IMG/VR virus record: IMGVR_UViG_641522650_000012 | Reading direction: 5' to 3' (one strand) | Source: a virus | Lineage: Duplodnaviria > Heunggongvirae > Uroviricota > Caudoviricetes | Length of the DNA stretch: 13,224 bases | In this document: one piece after another, positions 8,830-13,224 of the stretch | Numbering within the stretch: the stretch's first letter is position 1 | Layout: each line of letters opens with the position of its first letter | Program-made: the position numbers and the translations under genes | Notes under the pieces: model-generated | The model's input: the letters and a program-made list of their open reading frames with translations, nothing else | What the model was told of the DNA's origin: nothing | Databases searched by the model: none

Positions 8830-10002
8830 TTACGCGCTGACCTGGCTGGAGAAATTCACCAGGTACTGATCGGTGATGCGCTGACGCAGCATCAGGTTTT
8901 CAAGTGGCGGCACTGGCGTGTAGTCGTAATCGATGGTGAGTTTCCCGGCTTTCAGCGTGTCTTTATCGTTCACCGACTCGTCCAGCCAGCAATCACCACC
9001 AATGAGATAGCCCTGACTGACCAGGCTACGCATTTTGGCGCGGATACCTTCGATAATGTCGCGGGCCAGCGACGGGTTCAGCGGTTTGTCCACCGCCCAC
9101 ATGTGCGCTTCTGCCATCGTGTCCATCAGCACCTGCGCCGTGCGGGTGTAGTTTTCGAAGGCAAAGAGCGGATCATCGCTCAGACAGCGGGAACCCCAGA
9201 AGCGGAAACCGTCTTTGCGGATAAGCGTGGTGATATCGTTCTGGTTAAGCAGACCTGCATCGGTTGCCGGGTCCTGCAGATCCCAGAACACATCAGCAGA
9301 AATTCCGGTGACACCGTTCACGCCCACGTTGGACAGGCTTTTGTGCCATCCGGTCTGCTCATCAATTTTAGCGCGCAGACCGAGCGCACGGGCGGTGGCA
9401 TAAGCCGTTGCTTCGGCATTCAGCACCGTGTCCCAGCCAGTAAAGTCGGGCCAGATCAGCATTCCTTCACGCTGACTGAAGTTTTCACGGTAAGTGATTG
9501 CTTCCTGCACCGTCTTGCAACCATACGCTGACAGGTAAGCAAATCCACGCAGGCTTTGCGCCACGCTCAGCAACTCAGTAGCTACCGCCTTCGTGTCGTG
9601 ACCTGGCACGCCGAGAATGCGCGGTTTAACGCCGAGCTGTGACTGGGCAGATAACAGGGCTTTCATACCTGTTTTTTTACCCTCGGCGGTCACTGCGCCA
9701 ATGATATTGGTTGTGGTTTCTTCTTCCGTTTCACCCTGCGGCACACGCACAACAACGGTCACGGGTTTTGCCTGGTCAGCGATGGCATCCAGCGAACGGG
9801 CCAGCGTGCCAGACTCACCCGCTTTACCGCTGGCGGTCAGCACATCAGTGATCAGCACAGGTTTATTAAGAGGAAACATTTTTGCATCGGCATCATCGCC
9901 CGTGCAGACCATACCCACGATGGCGGTGCTCACCGTGGTAATGGATCGGGTGCCTTCGTTGACTTCAACAACGCGCACCCCGTGGTGGTAATCCTGAGCC
10001 AT
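8830..10002 (-). CDS. Contractile tail sheath protein (P2 gpFI family)
   Basis: 390-aa ORF starting [14 protein letters not shown] with an AGGAGG SD 9 nt upstream; first gene of the FI-FII-E-T-U-D cluster. Confidence 0.9.
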   Translation of the reverse strand: MAQDYHHGVRVVEVNEGTRSITTVSTAIVGMVCTGDDADAKMFPLNKPVLITDVLTASGKAGESGTLARSLDAIADQAKPVTVVVRVPQGETEEETTTNIIGAVTAEGKKTGMKALLSAQSQLGVKPRILGVPGHDTKAVATELLSVAQSLRGFAYLSAYGCKTVQEAITYRENFSQREGMLIWPDFTGWDTVLNAEATAYATARALGLRAKIDEQTGWHKSLSNVGVNGVTGISADVFWDLQDPATDAGLLNQNDITTLIRKDGFRFWGSRCLSDDPLFAFENYTRTAQVLMDTMAEAHMWAVDKPLNPSLARDIIEGIRAKMRSLVSQGYLIGGDCWLDESVNDKDTLKAGKLTIDYDYTPVPPLENLMLRQRITDQYLVNFSSQVSA

Positions 10003-10064
10003 AGTGGCGAACCTCCTGATTGGATTAGGCTTCGCCCTATGTTGAAGTGGGTAATGACTCCAAC

Positions 10065-10442
10065 TTATTGATAGTGTTTTATGTTCAGATAATGCCCGAT
10101 GACTTTGTCATGCAGCTCCACCGATTTTGAGAACGACAGCGACTTCCGTCCCAGCCGTGCCAGGTGCTGCCTCAGATTCAGGTTATGCCGCTCAATTCGC
10201 TGCGTATATCGCTTGCTGATTACGTGCAGCTTTCCCTTCAGGCGGGATTCATACAGTGGCCAGCCATCCGTCATCCATATCACCACGTCAAAGGGTGACA
10301 GCAAGCTCATAAGACGCCCCTGCGTCGCCATAGTGCGTTCACCGAATACGTGCGCAACAACCGTCTTCCGGAGCCTGTCATACGCGTAAAACAGCCAGCG
10401 CTGGCGCGATTTAGCCCCGACGTATCCCCACTGTTCGTCCAT
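10065..10442 (-). CDS. insB: IS1 InsB reading frame (expressed as InsAB' transposase by -1 frameshift)
   Basis: ORF-track fragment [22 protein letters not shown]... is the canonical InsB frame. The slippery motif AAAAAAC lies at 10505-10511 (+ strand gtttttt), so the real frame extends upstream of this Met. Confidence 0.85.
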   Translation of the reverse strand: MDEQWGYVGAKSRQRWLFYAYDRLRKTVVAHVFGERTMATQGRLMSLLSPFDVVIWMTDGWPLYESRLKGKLHVISKRYTQRIERHNLNLRQHLARLGRKSLSFSKSVELHDKVIGHYLNIKHYQ

Positions 10443-10486
10443 TTCCGCGCAGACGATGACGTCACTGCCCGGCTGTATGCGCGAGG

Positions 10487-10762
10487 TTACCGACTGCGGC
10501 CTGAGTTTTTTAAGTGACGTAAAATCGTGTTGAGGCTAACGCCCATAATGCGTGCAGTTGCCCGGCATCCAACGCCATTCATGGCCATATCAATAATTTT
10601 CTGGTGCGTACCGGGTTGAGAAGCGGTGTAAGTGAACTGCAGTTGCCATGTTTTACGGCAGTGAGAGCAGAGATAGCGCTGATGTCCGGCAGTGCTTTTG
10701 CCGTTACGCACCACCCCGTCAGTAGCTGAACAGGAGGGACAGCTGATAGAAACAGAAGCCAC
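10487..10762 (-). CDS. insA: IS1 InsA (transposition inhibitor / N-terminal part of InsAB')
   Basis: 91-aa [27 protein letters not shown]..., the canonical IS1 InsA with its zinc-finger. Confidence 0.9.
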   Translation of the reverse strand: MASVSISCPSCSATDGVVRNGKSTAGHQRYLCSHCRKTWQLQFTYTASQPGTHQKIIDMAMNGVGCRATARIMGVSLNTILRHLKNSGRSR

Positions 10763-11110
10763 TGGAGCACCTCAAAAACACCATCATACACTAAATCAGT
10801 AAGTTGGCAGCATCACCGCTCTTTGTTATTAAGCCCACTAACTACCTATGCTAAAAATTATCCTTGTTCTGGGAAAAAGGGAGGTGTCTCTCACTGTACC
10901 TCCGATGGAAAATTTGTTTGCAATGATGGAACTATTAGTAAATTCAAAAAAATCTGTACTAAAAACTCACGATAACTTTTGCTTTTATATCTGCGTCTAA
11001 AATAAAAATGAGCCGCAGGTTAACCGCAAAAGTTACATGCTCACATAGCAAAAAGAATAGCCAACTTCATTATGGCTTCAGTGAGATGTATGGTCGTAGG
11101 ATTTCATACA

Positions 11111-11139
11111 TTGACACTGGTTATACATACAGTGAAAAT
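11111..11139 (+). promoter_or_regulatory. Candidate sigma70 promoter upstream of the integrase, now separated from it by IS4
   Basis: Perfect -35 TTGACA at 11111-11116, 17-bp spacer, -10-like GAAAAT at 11134-11139; predicted start site about 11146, just before the IS4 insertion point. Confidence 0.3.
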
Positions 11140-11142
11140 ACT

Positions 11143-11153
11143 CTCTACTGGAG
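11143..11153. repeat. IS4 target-site duplication, left copy (CTCTACTGGAG)
   Basis: 11-bp sequence immediately flanking the IS4 end, identical to 12580-12590. Confidence 0.9.
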
Positions 11154-12579
11154 TAATGCCAGTCAGTTAAGCAACTGACTGGCTCTTTTTCGGGGCTGTG
11201 GGGTATTTCCAGGGCCTCTCCTTTACCACTCTCGGGAAGGCCCTTCCCCTTCTCGTCGGTAATTTCACAAGTTGTCCCATACTTGCAAGATCGCGCATCA
11301 GCTCCGGTATACGTCCCGGTGAAGCGCCCTGCAATGTCATCAGCATTCTCATCACCATTCCGCATGATTCTGAGAAACTCAGTTGATTCGGCCAGTAACC
11401 TTTCAGATGTTCCGCCATTTTAATCATCTGATATCTCACCAGATTATAAGCCAGTAAGACACCCCACAGCTCTTGCTCCACAAGCTCCGGCTTTTTACTT
11501 CTCAGCGTCAGCCTGCTCAGTTGCATCGTCTGTTTTATCTCCCTGTATCCCAGTTCGATTTCCCAGCGATGACTGTACAGATCCGCCATTTCTCCTCCGG
11601 GGAAGCGCATGGCGTCCGTCATCGACGTCAGCAGATGGCAGACTTTTCCTTTGCGCGTCACGGTCAGCAGGCGGGCTGTCACTTCATTTCCCAGTCCCGG
11701 CCACTTTTTTCGTGCCTGCGGGCTGGTTTTCAGCTTCACCAGATGATCGCCTTTACCCAGTTTTCTGAGCTCTTCATATTGCGCTCCCTTTCTGAGAGGT
11801 ATCATCCAGTGGCGGTGTTCTCCCGCCAGGCTCCAGGCATTTAACAGTCCCAGTGAGTAATAACCTTTATCCATTAACGTCAGAGTGTTATCGCCGGTTT
11901 GTTCTATAAGTTGCTCAGCAAGCTCATTTTCGCTGTTCTTCATCGTGCCGAAGGCTGCAGCCGTCAGCAGATGGCTGGTCAGTTCCATCTGGCAGACCAT
12001 TTTGACCTGCGGGTAGAGCGCCGGGTTCCCGGCATGTGTCTGGCGGGGGAAGGCTGCATCGTTCTCTGGTGTATCCGGTGTGCGCCAGAACACACCATCG
12101 ATGGCCAGCAGGGTCAGGCCGCACCAGTGCGGATGCGGCGTGGCGTTATGCCAGAGCTGCGCTGTTTTCGTGAACACGCGGCGGACAGCCTCACTTCCCA
12201 GGCGCTGGCGGGCCTGAATAACGGCACTGGGGGCAACGAAGGGGCGATTGCCCGGCAGCATGATGTCCAGGCGATTCACAATCTGGTGAAGAGGTTCTTT
12301 ACGCTCAAGCGCCATGCCAACAATACACCAGACCATCATTTCGAGGGGAAGACGGCGCTTGCGTAGCGTTACAGTACCTGATTCGGCAAGGCAACGAGAG
12401 ATGAGTTCGGGGTCGAGGTAATCCCCCAGAGAAGTCAGTGGGTTACGCAGAGAATCGTAACGGGATACCAGATCAAGAGCCTGTCCAATGTGCATAAAAA
12501 AATCCGGAAACAAGTGAGCGTTTCCGGATTCTTACACAGCCACTGGATCGGTCAACTGATCCTTAACTGATCGGCATTA
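11154..12579 (-). mobile_element. IS4 insertion sequence, complete 1426 bp
   Basis: Ends taatgccagtcagttaag... (11154-) and ...cttaactgatcggcatta (-12579); single transposase ORF; exactly the 1426 bp I remember for IS4; perfect 11-bp direct repeats flank it. Confidence 0.95.
11167..12513 (-). CDS. insG: IS4 transposase (DDE family)
   Basis: ORF-track protein matches my recollection of E. coli IS4 transposase from [16 protein letters not shown]...; the likely true start is that Met (12495), giving 442 aa; the track's 448 aa includes a 6-aa upstream extension. Confidence 0.9.
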   Translation of the reverse strand: MFPDFFMHIGQALDLVSRYDSLRNPLTSLGDYLDPELISRCLAESGTVTLRKRRLPLEMMVWCIVGMALERKEPLHQIVNRLDIMLPGNRPFVAPSAVIQARQRLGSEAVRRVFTKTAQLWHNATPHPHWCGLTLLAIDGVFWRTPDTPENDAAFPRQTHAGNPALYPQVKMVCQMELTSHLLTAAAFGTMKNSENELAEQLIEQTGDNTLTLMDKGYYSLGLLNAWSLAGEHRHWMIPLRKGAQYEELRKLGKGDHLVKLKTSPQARKKWPGLGNEVTARLLTVTRKGKVCHLLTSMTDAMRFPGGEMADLYSHRWEIELGYREIKQTMQLSRLTLRSKKPELVEQELWGVLLAYNLVRYQMIKMAEHLKGYWPNQLSFSESCGMVMRMLMTLQGASPGRIPELMRDLASMGQLVKLPTRRGRAFPRVVKERPWKYPTAPKKSQSVA

Positions 12580-12590
12580 CTCTACTGGAG
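12580..12590. repeat. IS4 target-site duplication, right copy (CTCTACTGGAG)
   Basis: Identical to 11143-11153; contains the GGAG of the integrase Shine-Dalgarno sequence. Confidence 0.9.
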
Positions 12591-12600
12591 GGCATTTTTT

Positions 12601-13224
12601 ATGGCAGTACGAAAACTCACCACTGGGAAATGGCTTTGCGAATGTTACCCCGCCGGACGAAGTGGGCGTCGTGTGCGTAAACAATTCGCCACCAAAGGCG
12701 AAGCACTGGCTTTTGAGCGCCACACGATGGAAGAAACCGAAGCAAAGCCCTGGCTGGGTGAATCAGTGAATCGTCGAACACTGAAAGACGTGGTTGAGCT
12801 ATGGTTCAAACTACATGGTAAATCTCTGACAGCTGGGCAGCATGTCTATGACAAATTGCTGTTGATGGTTGACGCTCTGGGCAATCCTCTTGCAACCGAT
12901 CTCACCTCTAAAATGTTTGCCCACTATCGAGATAAACACCTGACAGGCGAGATCTACTTCAGCGAGAAATGGAAGAAAGGAGCAAGCCCGGTCACCATTA
13001 ACCTGGAGCAAAGCTATCTAAGTAGTGTTTTTAGCGAACTATCCCGTCTGGGCGAATGGTCGTATCCGAACCCACTGGAGAACATGCGAAAATTCACCAT
13101 CGCAGAAAAAGAGATGGCATGGCTTACCCATGAGCAGATTGTTGAATTGCTGGCTGATTGCAAACGTCAGGACCCAATTCTGGCACTGGTAGTTAAGATA
13201 TGCTTAAGCACAGGCGCACGCTAG
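12601..13224 (+). CDS. int: Tyrosine integrase of the P2/186 family (3'-truncated by the window end)
   Basis: N-terminus MAVRKLTTGKWLCECYPAGRSGRRVRKQFATKGEALAFE and the segment WLTHEQIVELLADC...VVKICLSTGAR resemble my recollection of P2 and 186 Int; GGAGG SD 9 nt upstream of the ATG. The catalytic C-terminal domain lies outside the window. Confidence 0.85.
   Translation: MAVRKLTTGKWLCECYPAGRSGRRVRKQFATKGEALAFERHTMEETEAKPWLGESVNRRTLKDVVELWFKLHGKSLTAGQHVYDKLLLMVDALGNPLATDLTSKMFAHYRDKHLTGEIYFSEKWKKGASPVTINLEQSYLSSVFSELSRLGEWSYPNPLENMRKFTIAEKEMAWLTHEQIVELLADCKRQDPILALVVKICLSTGAR

Larger units (their letters stand above)
10050..10817 (-). mobile_element. IS1 insertion sequence, complete 768 bp
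   Basis: Terminal inverted repeats ggtaatgactccaacttattgat (10050-10072) and atcagtaagttggcagcatcacc (10795-10817); internal insA and insB with the A6C frameshift motif. Flanking 9-mers differ (gttgaagtg vs gctctttgt), so there is no target-site duplication. Confidence 0.95.

Noticed and set aside
10848-11000. 50-aa ORF ([15 protein letters not shown]...) in the AT-rich segment between IS1 and IS4
   Set aside because: No Shine-Dalgarno sequence, AT-rich low-complexity composition, and below the length at which chance ORFs are expected in such sequence. Cannot be excluded as a small protein but there is no positive evidence.
11008-11153. Upstream open frame that becomes in-frame with int once IS4 and one repeat copy are removed (would extend Int by about 50 residues)
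   Set aside because: The canonical Int N-terminus starts at the Met at 12601, which has a strong GGAGG SD; the upstream extension is AT-rich with no family resemblance. The frame preservation follows trivially from IS4 plus repeat being 1437 bp, a multiple of 3.
11078-11365. 95-aa minus-strand ORF spanning the IS4 left end and flanking DNA
   Set aside because: It crosses the IS4 boundary at 11154 and overlaps the transposase 3' end in another frame; a chance fusion ORF created by the insertion.
1-13224. Search for CRISPR arrays, toxin-antitoxin pairs or compact defence operons
   Set aside because: No short repeat-spacer arrays and no unassigned ORF pairs; every ORF of plausible size is accounted for by host genes, P2-family tail genes, IS1, IS4 or the integrase.

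Overview
This window is a host-core / mobile-DNA mosaic that looks Escherichia-like; I see no CRISPR array, tRNA or rRNA, and no convincing novel system. All identifications are from reading the translations against remembered protein families and from motifs in the sequence; no database search was possible. (1) 1-2620: conserved core genes grxA (+), ybjM (-) and ybjL (+). (2) 2621-10049: the right arm of a P2-family prophage on the minus strand, in canonical order FI (sheath), FII (tube), E with its -1 frameshift extension E', T (tape measure), U, D, ogr, ending beside ybjL. No baseplate, fibre, capsid, lysis or replication genes are present in the window. (3) 10050-10817: a complete 768-bp IS1 with no flanking target duplication, 47 bp upstream of the FI start codon. 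(4) 10818-11153: an AT-rich non-coding stretch containing a consensus -35 promoter element. (5) 11154-12579: a complete 1426-bp IS4 with a perfect 11-bp target duplication, inserted 21 bp upstream of (6) a P2/186-family tyrosine integrase (+ strand, runs off the window end). The points most worth a second look are the IS1 deletion scar that orphans the tail operon, the IS4 insertion that separates the integrase from its apparent promoter, and the atypical context of that integrase (no repressor gene upstream).
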